Shown here one piece after another: positions 27,086 through 35,419 of a stretch of DNA of 64,000 nt. The position numbers and the translations under genes were made by a program. The stretch comes from an uncultured delta proteobacterium (lineage in GTDB: Bacteria; Myxococcota_A; Polyangia; Fen-1088), in the NCBI GenBank assembly GCA_963796685.1, contig CAWCMR010000008.1, positions 64,001 to 128,000 of the forward strand, in the 5' to 3' direction. The stretch's first letter is position 1; every line of letters begins with the position of its first letter. Below the pieces are notes generated by a model. It saw only the letters and a program-made list of their open reading frames with translations, was not told the DNA's origin and ran no database searches.

Positions 27086-27717
27086 CAGGGAACCTCCACA
27101 ATCAGGCGGCCACTATCGTCCATGTGTCCTTCCAGGTGTTTGCCCGAAGACAGAACCGCGCAGGCACGGGTCGGGGCACACGGGATCCGCCGTCCTTGGG
27201 CCTCGATGGCCAGCACGCCGGAAACGACGAGGATTTTGACCGGATCGCCGGCGACCACGGCGCTCTTGCCCACATCGGTCGCATGGATCGTGGTTCCCGA
27301 AGGAAGCCCGCGAACCGCCACGGCACCATCGGGTGGAACGAAAGGCATGCGACCGGGCCTCACCTCTTGCTCGATCATGGCAAACGAAGAAGCAAGCGAT
27401 TCGCCGGCGCGCACGGCACGTGTGGTAACCGCCGTCTCGGCCCAAACCTCGAGATGAACCCAACCCCACCCCGTGCAACCTCGGCCGTAGAACTTGACCG
27501 CCACGCGACCGGATCCCTCGATGGCATGCGAAACACTGGCATTTCGGACACGGCAGTTGGCCGGCGCCGACCAGGTGATCGGAACGATGCGTGCTCCTGG
27601 AACGGCCAGTGCGTGGGTTAGGGACTCGCTCACCTCGCGGGGCAGGATTTCTCGAGTGGCCGGCGCCGCATCCGAGACTGCGAGGAGAGCGAGTAGAAAG
27701 GCAACCATTGAAATCAT
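27085..27717 (-). CDS. flgA: P-ring assembly chaperone FlgA-like
   Basis: Signal peptide, SAF-like VTTRAVRAGE, VVAGDPV; between flgG and flgH. Confidence 0.75.
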   Translation of the reverse strand: MISMVAFLLALLAVSDAAPATREILPREVSESLTHALAVPGARIVPITWSAPANCRVRNASVSHAIEGSGRVAVKFYGRGCTGWGWVHLEVWAETAVTTRAVRAGESLASSFAMIEQEVRPGRMPFVPPDGAVAVRGLPSGTTIHATDVGKSAVVAGDPVKILVVSGVLAIEAQGRRIPCAPTRACAVLSSGKHLEGHMDDSGRLIVEVP

Positions 27718-27723
27718 TCCTGC

Positions 27724-28509
27724 CTAGTGAAGCTGGGTTAGTCTCTGCAGCATCTGATCCGCCGTCTGAATCGTCTTCGAGTTCATCTCGTACGCGCGTT
27801 GGGTGGTGATCATGTCGACCATCTCCTGCACCGCCTGCACGTTGGCGTTTTCGAGGTAGCCCTGGCTGATAGAGCCCGCGCCCTGCTCGCCCGGTTTGAC
27901 CAAGATGGGATCTCCGGACGCGGCTGTGGTTCCGAAAAGGTTGCTCCCCAGGGCATCCAGGCCCCCCGGATTGGTGAAGGTTGCCAACTGAAGGCTGCCG
28001 AGCTGTGTTGGATCGGTCCTTCCGGGCACCGCCACCAGCACCGTCCCGTCGGCGCGGATGGTGATGCTGGTCGCGTCCTGTGGGATGTTGATGGCGGGAT
28101 CCACAATCTCGCCGGTCTGGGTCACAAGGCGGCCTGTGGCATCCACGCGAAAGTTTCCGGCACGCGTGTAGCCGAATTCGCCGTTGGCGCGCTGGATGCG
28201 AAAGAAGCCACCACCCTCGATCGCCAGGTCGAGCGGGTTTTGCGTGGAAGTCATGTCGCCTTGGGCGAACGAACGCGTGGTCGTCGCGTTGCGCACGCCG
28301 AGGCCAATTTGCAACGGCTCCGGACGCCCTCCTCCCTCCGGCGTCGGCGCCGTGGCAGAGCGAATGGTCTCCGAGAGCAGGTCTTCGAAATCCGCACGTG
28401 CCCGCTTGAAGCCGGTCGTGCTGCTGTTGGCGAGGTTGTTGGCAATCACGTCCAGCTTCGTTTGCTGGGCTTCCATCCCGGTAGCGGCAGTGTAGAGAGA
28501 GCGAAGCAT
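27724..28509 (-). CDS. flgG: distal rod protein FlgG
   Basis: MLRSLYTAATGM, ANNLAN, DLAIEGGGFF, YTRAG, GYLENANV, QRAYEMNSK. Confidence 0.97.
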   Translation of the reverse strand: MLRSLYTAATGMEAQQTKLDVIANNLANSSTTGFKRARADFEDLLSETIRSATAPTPEGGGRPEPLQIGLGVRNATTTRSFAQGDMTSTQNPLDLAIEGGGFFRIQRANGEFGYTRAGNFRVDATGRLVTQTGEIVDPAINIPQDATSITIRADGTVLVAVPGRTDPTQLGSLQLATFTNPGGLDALGSNLFGTTAASGDPILVKPGEQGAGSISQGYLENANVQAVQEMVDMITTQRAYEMNSKTIQTADQMLQRLTQLH

Positions 28510-28523
28510 GTTCTTTTTCTCCG

Positions 28524-29234
28524 TTATCGAACCATCCCGACCTGGATCACGCGATCATCGAGCTGCTTGTAGGCCTGGATGGCTTGCATGGCCATTTCGT
28601 AGTTGCGTTGGGCGCCAATCATCTGCACCGTCGATTCGAGCGCCGAAACATTGCCCAGCTCGAGCTCTCCGACACGCACGCTGCCATCGGTGACTTGATC
28701 CATCTGGGTTCCCGTCGAGGGCATCATCAGCGAGGAGCCGACGCGATCCATGGCTCCCTGACTGGTCCACAGCGACAGGTTTCCGACGACCTGGCCTTCG
28801 ACCTTCACTTCGCCGGTCGACTCGATGGTCACCTCGCTTCCGTCCGGAACCGTGATCGCTTCCCCTGATGTGTCGAGCACGGGTAGTCCGGCAATTGTGA
28901 GAACCCCGTCGGGTCCAGTCTCGATATGCCCATTGCGGGTGTAGGCCACCTCGCCACCCGGCATTTGCACCGCCAGCATGGCGTCCCCATCGGGGATCAC
29001 GTCGGTCAGCGAGTCCGTGGTCTCGGTCGTGCCCGGCCGCATGTCGAGGGTCGTCCCGACAGCGCCTGACAGAACCTTGTCGGTCGGACCTCCGGGCGGA
29101 AGGAACGAGCTGAATGCCGGCCGCACGCCCTTGAACCCCGGCGACTCGATGTTGGCCAGATTGTCCGCGATGGCATCGAGCTGCGCCGCCCGCCCTATCG
29201 CCGCCGACATGCCTACATAGATTCCATCTGCCAC
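28524..29234 (-). CDS. flgF: rod protein FlgF
   Basis: IADNLANIESPGFK, YTRNG, LELGNVS, QRNYEM; precedes flgG. Confidence 0.9.
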   Translation of the reverse strand: MADGIYVGMSAAIGRAAQLDAIADNLANIESPGFKGVRPAFSSFLPPGGPTDKVLSGAVGTTLDMRPGTTETTDSLTDVIPDGDAMLAVQMPGGEVAYTRNGHIETGPDGVLTIAGLPVLDTSGEAITVPDGSEVTIESTGEVKVEGQVVGNLSLWTSQGAMDRVGSSLMMPSTGTQMDQVTDGSVRVGELELGNVSALESTVQMIGAQRNYEMAMQAIQAYKQLDDRVIQVGMVR

Positions 29235-29260
29235 GTTCGTGTACCTCGACGGGCTTTCAA

Positions 29261-29276
29261 AGCAATTCGGGTGCCA
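29261..29276 (-). promoter_or_regulatory. sigma54 promoter for flgF operon
   Basis: Reverse strand TGGCAC-CCGAA-TTGCT, full consensus. Confidence 0.85.
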
Positions 29277-29508
29277 GCCAGAGTGTCAGATCCATGGCGT
29301 AAGCCGAGCTCATGGCTGGCAGGAGTTTCAAGGGTCCAGCTCCAAACAATTCTGCGTTCTATCTCCTCTGCGACCTCCTCCCCCGCTGTGCTCTCTGTAA
29401 CGAAGCGTCCGAGCGTGGGCACGACGGGATCGTGCTTTTTGCGGTCATCTCTGCCGGGCAAGTCTTGCCGGTCTTCTCGATGGGGCTGTCCCGGGTTCGC
29501 GCGGCTGC

Positions 29509-29524
29509 GGGCACGCTTCCTGCT
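29509..29524 (+). promoter_or_regulatory. sigma54 promoter for fliJ
   Basis: GGGCAC-GCTTC-CTGCT with GG-N10-GC spacing. Confidence 0.6.
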
Positions 29525-29575
29525 TCGTATCGAAATGGGCTTCAGATTTTTCCCGTTCGTACCGAGGAGAAGATC

Positions 29576-29995
29576 GTGGGCAAGAAGAACCGACTGGAAA
29601 CCGTCGTCTGGCTCCGAGAGACGGAGGAGGATCGCGCTCGCCTGGCGATGGCCGATGCTCAGCGCAACGTGGCCACGGCCAACGAGGCCTTGTCCGCCGC
29701 GGAAACGCGAGCAAAAGTGGATGAGCGGCGAAGCGCGAGCGCTGCCCACTGGTCCCTGGTCGAGTCGGCGCACACGCGAGCCTTGCAGGAAGCCAGGCAG
29801 GCGGAACACGCCGTGAAGGCTGCCTCCGACGGTCTGTCGCAAAGCCGAGCCCGCTATCTCGGCGCGCACACGCGCACCGAGGCCTTGCGCAGAGCCATCG
29901 AGACCCGTCGCGCCGAGGAGATTCGGGCCGAGGTGCAGGCCGATCGAAAGAACATGGACGAGATCGCCATGCTCTTGCGCGCGGCGATGGCGTAG
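29576..29995 (+). CDS. fliJ: flagellar export protein FliJ
   Basis: GTG after GAGGAG; RLETVVWLRETEEDRARLAMA, coiled coil, C-terminal RKNMDEIA; no fliJ beside fliI. Confidence 0.8.
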   Translation: MGKKNRLETVVWLRETEEDRARLAMADAQRNVATANEALSAAETRAKVDERRSASAAHWSLVESAHTRALQEARQAEHAVKAASDGLSQSRARYLGAHTRTEALRRAIETRRAEEIRAEVQADRKNMDEIAMLLRAAMA

Positions 29996-30072
29996 CAGAG
30001 AGAGCGCAGAGGTTTGGAAGAGCGCCGGGGCAGCGGGCAGGCTTCGACTGTCGAACCTCGATGCCCTATGCT

Positions 30073-30975
30073 TCAAGCCATCCGGCCAGCCAGGCGCGCG
30101 GGCAGCGCGGCGGTAATGCCAGCGATGGTGTCCTGATCGAGCCCAAGCAGCGCGGCCCCGCCCTCGACGATGACGGCGGTTTCGTCCGCCGGCCGCGCCG
30201 ACAAGTCATGTCCTGCTACCGCGGCCAACGCATTGGCCATGCGAACCACATTCGCCAGACGGTAGGGCCGCTCTTCGTCGTACTGGTCGCAAAGCCCGAC
30301 CGCATCGACGACCGAGTCGGGCAAGGTCCAGGCCCGCGTGACGGCGAGGCCGACCGTGCGCTCGCATTGGGTGATGATGCCAAGCCACTTCGACGGCATG
30401 ATCCAATGATCGACCCGCTTGCCGAGCAACCTGTTTTCGGCGTCGAGGAGCATCTCGGCCACCACGGGCCGCCCGATGTCGTGCAGCAGGCCGGCCAGAT
30501 AGGCCGCCTCGGGGTCGAGCCCGGGCAGGGCCTCGACCAGGTCGTGCGACAAGATGGCCACCGACAGCGAATGCTCCCACAGCCCGTCGCACATCTGCGC
30601 GATGCGCGGATCGTGACACTCGACGAGTTGGCGGGCAGCCGTCTCCATGAGAAAGAATGAAAGCTCGCGCGCGCCCAGGCGGGTCACGCAGGCGAGCACC
30701 GATTCCAGCCTGGTAAAGGTGGCGAACGCCACGCTGTTCGCCAGGTGAACCAGGCGCGCGGCCACCACGGGATCGGTCTCGATCACGGCCGACACCTCGT
30801 TCAGGCTGAAGTCTCGCTTGCGCAGCAGGGTGAACGCGCGCGTCGCCACCCGCGGCATCGCCGGCAGCGCCACACGATCTGCCGCCACCTGATCGAGCAC
30901 CGCCCGCTCGACCATCGCAGCGAGCTCATCGGAAGAGATCCTGAGACGTGAGAGCTTCAATTGCCCGACAACCAT
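30073..30975 (-). CDS. stand-alone HDOD domain protein
   Basis: LPAMP, IETDPVVAARLVHLANS, LWEHS, AGLLHDIG. Confidence 0.9.
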   Translation of the reverse strand: MVVGQLKLSRLRISSDELAAMVERAVLDQVAADRVALPAMPRVATRAFTLLRKRDFSLNEVSAVIETDPVVAARLVHLANSVAFATFTRLESVLACVTRLGARELSFFLMETAARQLVECHDPRIAQMCDGLWEHSLSVAILSHDLVEALPGLDPEAAYLAGLLHDIGRPVVAEMLLDAENRLLGKRVDHWIMPSKWLGIITQCERTVGLAVTRAWTLPDSVVDAVGLCDQYDEERPYRLANVVRMANALAAVAGHDLSARPADETAVIVEGGAALLGLDQDTIAGITAALPARLAGRMA

Positions 30976-30999
30976 GAACCGCGGCTCCTGTGTTCCTGT

Positions 31000-31027
31000 C
31001 CATCGACGGATCCGGGCTCCGCCTTGA
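31000..31027 (-). promoter_or_regulatory. sigma28-like promoter for first HDOD gene
   Basis: Reverse strand TCAAG-N15-GTCGATGG. Confidence 0.5.
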
Positions 31028-31032
31028 TAGGC

Positions 31033-31248
31033 CTAGGCGACGACGTGAATGAGCGACCGACTCGTCTCGTCGGCGACGCGCGCCACCACCAGGTTGGCCT
31101 CGGCGGCTCGCTGGTTGGCCATGATGGCCACCATGTCGGCGGTCAGATTCTCGTCCGAGCGTTGGCCGCGAAGGCGGTCCGCCAATCGTTCGATGTCATC
31201 ACCGCGGGCCGCGTAGCCCGCCAGCGCGGTGCCGAGTGCCTGGATCAT
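31033..31248 (-). CDS. 71-aa protein resembling the terminal helices of flagellar rod/hook proteins
   Basis: ATG after GAGG; MIQALGTALAG...NLTADMVAIMANQRAAEANLVVARVADE. Confidence 0.7.
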   Translation of the reverse strand: MIQALGTALAGYAARGDDIERLADRLRGQRSDENLTADMVAIMANQRAAEANLVVARVADETSRSLIHVVA

Positions 31249-31264
31249 GCCGCCTCTCAACCGG

Positions 31265-31291
31265 TCTTCGACACGCAAACGAGAAAGATTA
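31265..31291 (-). promoter_or_regulatory. sigma28-like promoter for the 71-aa gene
   Basis: Reverse strand TAAT-N15-GTCGAAGA. Confidence 0.5.
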
Positions 31292-31310
31292 AGTCTCTTT
31301 CGTGGCGAGC

Positions 31311-31338
31311 TAAATGACTCGCCTGCTTCTGCCGAGTG
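31311..31338 (+). promoter_or_regulatory. sigma28-like promoter for second HDOD gene
   Basis: TAAA-N16-GCCGAGTG, similar to the flbD-motAB element. Confidence 0.55.
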
Positions 31339-31354
31339 AGAGTGCAGGCAGACA

Positions 31355-32248
31355 ATGCTTGGTTTCCGCAAAGTCGAACGCATGCTGGCCGTGCCGGATC
31401 CGTCCGAGCTGACGCAGATGATCGCCGACGCGGCCAACGATCTGTGTCAAGACACGCACGCCATCAAGCGCACCCTGCCGGACGTGGCAGCCGACGTCAT
31501 GTCCCTGTGCCAACAATCGACCACCGATGCCTTGCGCATCGAGAAATCCGTCACACGCGATCCGTTCATCAGCGCCCAGATCGTCTCGGTGGCGAACTCG
31601 CCCATGTTCGCCCCGCGCATGCCTATCGTCAGCGTGCGCGACGCCATCGTGCGCATCGGACTGTCCAACGTCAACGACATCGTCATGATGGTGGTCACCA
31701 GCTCCACCATGTTCCGCATTCGCGGCTTCGACGAGCACGTCACGAGCGTCACCTCGCGTTTCCCCGCGACGGCCCTGGCCGCGCGCTTGATCGCGTCCAC
31801 CTTGCATCTGCCCATGGAATCCGCCTTCACCGCGGGGCTGCTGCACGACATCGGCGACCTCATTCTTCTCGACCGCTGCGTGAAGACCGGCAAGGTCAAG
31901 CCCGAAATGGTCCGCGAGCCCGTGTTCTACGGGGTTGTCATGGATGCCCTGCACGCCAACCACGCCAAAGTCGGCGCGGCCGTGTGCACGGTGTGGAAGC
32001 TGCCCAGCAGCACCGTGGAGGCCGCCGCCCACCACCATGAGTACAAGCTCGGGGGCCATCGCTTCTCCGCCAATCTGGTCGCTGCGGCCGACACTTTCGC
32101 GGACATCCTGGGCATCGGCGTGGCCAACAAGCGCGTCTGCGATCCGGCCGAAGCCGTATTCAAGGATCTCGGCCTCAATGCCGAGCAGGTGACCGCAACC
32201 CTGGTCCAATTCGGCAAGCTGCTTCCGTCGGTGAGGATCTTCAAGTAG
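31355..32248 (+). CDS. stand-alone HDOD domain protein
   Basis: DPFISAQIVSVANSP, AIVRIG, AGLLHDIG, WKLP, HH. Confidence 0.9.
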   Translation: MLGFRKVERMLAVPDPSELTQMIADAANDLCQDTHAIKRTLPDVAADVMSLCQQSTTDALRIEKSVTRDPFISAQIVSVANSPMFAPRMPIVSVRDAIVRIGLSNVNDIVMMVVTSSTMFRIRGFDEHVTSVTSRFPATALAARLIASTLHLPMESAFTAGLLHDIGDLILLDRCVKTGKVKPEMVREPVFYGVVMDALHANHAKVGAAVCTVWKLPSSTVEAAAHHHEYKLGGHRFSANLVAAADTFADILGIGVANKRVCDPAEAVFKDLGLNAEQVTATLVQFGKLLPSVRIFK

Positions 32249-32373
32249 CCCGCGCCCACTCGCCCTCTTGTCGCGTGCGGCAAGGTGTGCGCGAAGGAAG
32301 GGCCGGCGAAAAGGGACGAGCCGAAGATGGAATTGGGTTGCACTCGCCCGAATGCCATCGGACACTTCGTGCC

Positions 32374-32667
32374 ATGGAAGACACATCCGAGGTGGCTCAC
32401 GAGGGGGCGAGATTTTTCGACGGGAAGGAACGCGACCTCGGGTGGGCGGCGAAGGTGGCCAAGAGGGCCCCAACGCTGGGCGGCCTGACCGTTCTCGACA
32501 TCAGCGCGGCCGACCCCTCGCTGGCCACCTTCCTGCGGTCGCTCGACAAGAGTCGATTGTTCGTTCGGCCGAGCGATGCCCTCGGAGAGTCGTTCGTCTT
32601 CGCCTGGGCTTCGGGCTACGCCAACGGCCTCAACATCCGCGTTCAAGGCGTGCTCGAAGGAAAGTGA
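32374..32667 (+). CDS. hypothetical protein
   Basis: 97-aa ORF with host-like GC3 filling the gap before fliA; no motif recognised. Confidence 0.55.
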   Translation: MEDTSEVAHEGARFFDGKERDLGWAAKVAKRAPTLGGLTVLDISAADPSLATFLRSLDKSRLFVRPSDALGESFVFAWASGYANGLNIRVQGVLEGK

Positions 32668-32711
32668 CGGAGCCGTCGCGCTGTCATCGCGGCAGGGGCT
32701 CGCGCGCGGAC

Positions 32712-33419
32712 CTACTCGTCGTCTTCCATTTCCTCGCGCAACTTCTTGAGCGCGTCGCCATGCAACTGGCACACGCGCGGCTCGCTGACCTGCAGAAGCT
32801 TGGCGATTTCCCGGTAGGTGAGATCTTCGTCGTAGTGCAAGGCCAGCACCATGCGCAGGCGCTCGGGCAAGGCCTCGAGCGCTCGGGTCAGGCGCCTGAC
32901 GGTCTCGGCACGTTCCAGGTTGGCATCCGAGTCGTCCGCGCTGGTCACGCGATGGAGGACCGAATCGAGCGGCAGGTGAGGCTCCATCAAGGCCGCGATA
33001 CCCGCCACCTCGTCGAGGTCCAGGTCGAGCTCCTTGGCGATCTCCTCCACCGTCGCCTCGCGTCCGACCTCCTCCTCGATCTTGCGCTTGGCTTTGGCCA
33101 TGTCGTCGGTGCGATTGCGCAGCCTGCGCGGCAAGTGGTCCATGCTGCGTAGCTCGTCGAGCATCGCGCCCCGCACGCGGTGCTCGGCGAAGGTGGCGAA
33201 CGTCGCGCCCTTGGCCGGATCGTAGCGGCGGGCGGCCTCCAGCAGGGCCAAAGCGCCCGCCGACCACAAATCGTCGTACGCGCTCTGCATGCCCGTCCGC
33301 CACACCAGACGCCGCGCGATTCGCTCGACCAGCTGTTGGTATTTCTCCAGCAGAGCGGCCTCGTCCGAGGGCGCGGGGGCGGTGGTGGTATAGGTGGCAA
33401 TGGCCCTGTGCATAATCAT
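32712..33419 (-). CDS. fliA: RNA polymerase sigma28 FliA
   Basis: FATFAEHRVRGAMLDELRSMD, LTYREIA, VSEPRVCQLH; follows flhG. Confidence 0.95.
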   Translation of the reverse strand: MIMHRAIATYTTTAPAPSDEAALLEKYQQLVERIARRLVWRTGMQSAYDDLWSAGALALLEAARRYDPAKGATFATFAEHRVRGAMLDELRSMDHLPRRLRNRTDDMAKAKRKIEEEVGREATVEEIAKELDLDLDEVAGIAALMEPHLPLDSVLHRVTSADDSDANLERAETVRRLTRALEALPERLRMVLALHYDEDLTYREIAKLLQVSEPRVCQLHGDALKKLREEMEDDE

Positions 33420-33424
33420 GCGAG

Positions 33425-34306
33425 CTACCGAGGCACCGAGGCCTCCCTGAAGAGTCGGTGCCACATCAGTTTCATCCCGCCGTCGACCATCGGCGGCGGT
33501 GCGGTGTTGAACAGCCGATCCGCAATCAAAGTGAGCGCGCGGCTGGCCGGCGCCATGGCGAACAGATCGGTGATCGGCTTCTGCGCCATCACCGCCCGGT
33601 GCACGTTCTCGTCGCGGGTGACGTAGCCCAGGTGGCGAATGCGCACGCTCAGGAATCGGTCGGCCAGGCCCACCAACTTCTGGAACACGTCACGCGCGGC
33701 CAACTCGTCGACCACCGAATTCACCACCACGCCGAAATCCTTGATCCCGACCTGCTGCGACAGCACCTTCACTGCGGCGTAGGCGTCCACCAGCGAGGTC
33801 GGCTCGGGCGTGACCACCAGGACGATCTCCTGGGCCACGCCGACGAAAAACAGAACATTGTCGCCAATACCGGCCCCCGAATCGATGAGCACCAGATCGA
33901 AGCGCTCGGCCAGACCATCGAGGGTGGAAATGAGGCGCAGCTTTTCGTCCTCGCCGAGCTGGGTCAGCTCTTGAATGCCGGAAGCCGCGGGGAGGATGTG
34001 GATGCCGGGCCGCACCTCGATGAGCACGTCGCTCGGGGACACCTCGGGATTGAGCAAGTCCCCCACGTGCCGCTTGGGCTTCACCCCGAAGACGATCTCC
34101 ACGTTGGCCAAACCCAGATCGGCATCGATGACGAGCACGCGCTTGCCGCGCTTGGCGCCGAGCACGGCCAAGTTGGCGGTGAGCATGGTCTTGCCCACCC
34201 CGCCCTTGCCGCTGGTCACGGCCATCACGCGCAGGGGTTCTTGCGGCACCGTCCCGACGGGCTTGCCGCCGGCTACGCGCAGTCTGAGATTCTCCGCCTG
34301 GTCCAA
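33425..34306 (-). CDS. flhG: MinD-like ATPase FlhG/FleN
   Basis: TTG after GGAGG gives DQAENLR N-terminal motif; SGKGGVGKT, DADLGLAN, TPEPTS. Confidence 0.93.
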   Translation of the reverse strand: MDQAENLRLRVAGGKPVGTVPQEPLRVMAVTSGKGGVGKTMLTANLAVLGAKRGKRVLVIDADLGLANVEIVFGVKPKRHVGDLLNPEVSPSDVLIEVRPGIHILPAASGIQELTQLGEDEKLRLISTLDGLAERFDLVLIDSGAGIGDNVLFFVGVAQEIVLVVTPEPTSLVDAYAAVKVLSQQVGIKDFGVVVNSVVDELAARDVFQKLVGLADRFLSVRIRHLGYVTRDENVHRAVMAQKPITDLFAMAPASRALTLIADRLFNTAPPPMVDGGMKLMWHRLFREASVPR

Positions 34307-34308
34307 GC

Positions 34309-35391
34309 TCAACCTCCGTTGCCCAGCACGCGGTCGACCAGGCTTTGCCCGCTGGCGGGATGGATATCTTCCGGGACCCGCTGCCCGTCGGTGATGCAGG
34401 AAATCGCCAGGTTGGTTTCCGTGGCGGCCGAGAGAATCGAGCCCGGTCCGTCGGTTTCGTCGAGCTTGGAAAAGATGAGCCGTTGGGCCTTGTAGGCGCA
34501 AAAGCGCTTGGCCGCGGCGCGAATCTCCCGTGCGCCACTCGCCGCGGAAAGGACCAGATGGCACTCGATGCCTTCCACCTTGTGCAGGAGCTGGGCTTGC
34601 GCTGCCAGCGCCGCGGCGTCCGAGCGGCCGGCGCTGTCGATGAGCACCAGATGCGCGTCTCCCGAGCGAAAGATTGCCTCGCGCAAGCTTGCTTCGTCGC
34701 GCGCAACATGGGTCGGTACGTTCATGATTTCGCCGTAACGCTGAATGTGTTCGCTGGCACCTATGCGATAAGTGTCGACGGTCACGAGCGATACCTTGAG
34801 CCGCGAGTCGAGGATGGCGTGGGCCGCGATCTTGGCGATCGTGGTGGTCTTCCCCACGCCGGTCGGCCCCACCAGCGCCACCAATCGTCTGTCCTCGCCT
34901 TCCCACGGACACCGGCCGGACGAGAGCCTCGAGCGCAAGGCCTGGCGCAGCGCCACCGCGACGTCCTTGTCGCCGGCCCCCCCCGAGCCGCGCATGGCCT
35001 CGCGCGCGATTTCGCCCGCCAGCGCCGACTCGACTCCCCGTTCAATCAAACGTTGCTGAATCCGACCCACCGGCGCTGGCGTGTCGGTTCGCGGCTCTCG
35101 CGGTTGCATGGACTTGGGCTCGGCACGGTTGCCCTGTATCTCCGCCCGCAGATCCTCGACGATGCGGCGCAAAGCCGCCACTTCCGTCTCCACGTCCATC
35201 GGCCGCCGTTTCTTGGTCTGGGGAGCCTCCTCGCCCGACTTCACGGCCGTGATCTCGATCTCGCGCTTACCCCACAGCCCGCCGACCTCGCGCGTGTTGA
35301 GAATGATGGCCTCTTCGCCAAGCGAAGCCTTGACGGCATCGAGGGCTGATTTGGGATCCCTTCCGCGGAAGGTCTTGACGATGGCGTTCAT
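34309..35391 (-). CDS. flhF: SRP-type GTPase FlhF
   Basis: KTF..ALDAVKASLG, GPTGVGKTT, DTYRIGA, DSAG, SKLDE, GQRVPEDI. Confidence 0.95.
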   Translation of the reverse strand: MNAIVKTFRGRDPKSALDAVKASLGEEAIILNTREVGGLWGKREIEITAVKSGEEAPQTKKRRPMDVETEVAALRRIVEDLRAEIQGNRAEPKSMQPREPRTDTPAPVGRIQQRLIERGVESALAGEIAREAMRGSGGAGDKDVAVALRQALRSRLSSGRCPWEGEDRRLVALVGPTGVGKTTTIAKIAAHAILDSRLKVSLVTVDTYRIGASEHIQRYGEIMNVPTHVARDEASLREAIFRSGDAHLVLIDSAGRSDAAALAAQAQLLHKVEGIECHLVLSAASGAREIRAAAKRFCAYKAQRLIFSKLDETDGPGSILSAATETNLAISCITDGQRVPEDIHPASGQSLVDRVLGNGG

Positions 35392-35419
35392 GCATCTTCT
35401 CCGTTCGGTGTGGTGGGCA

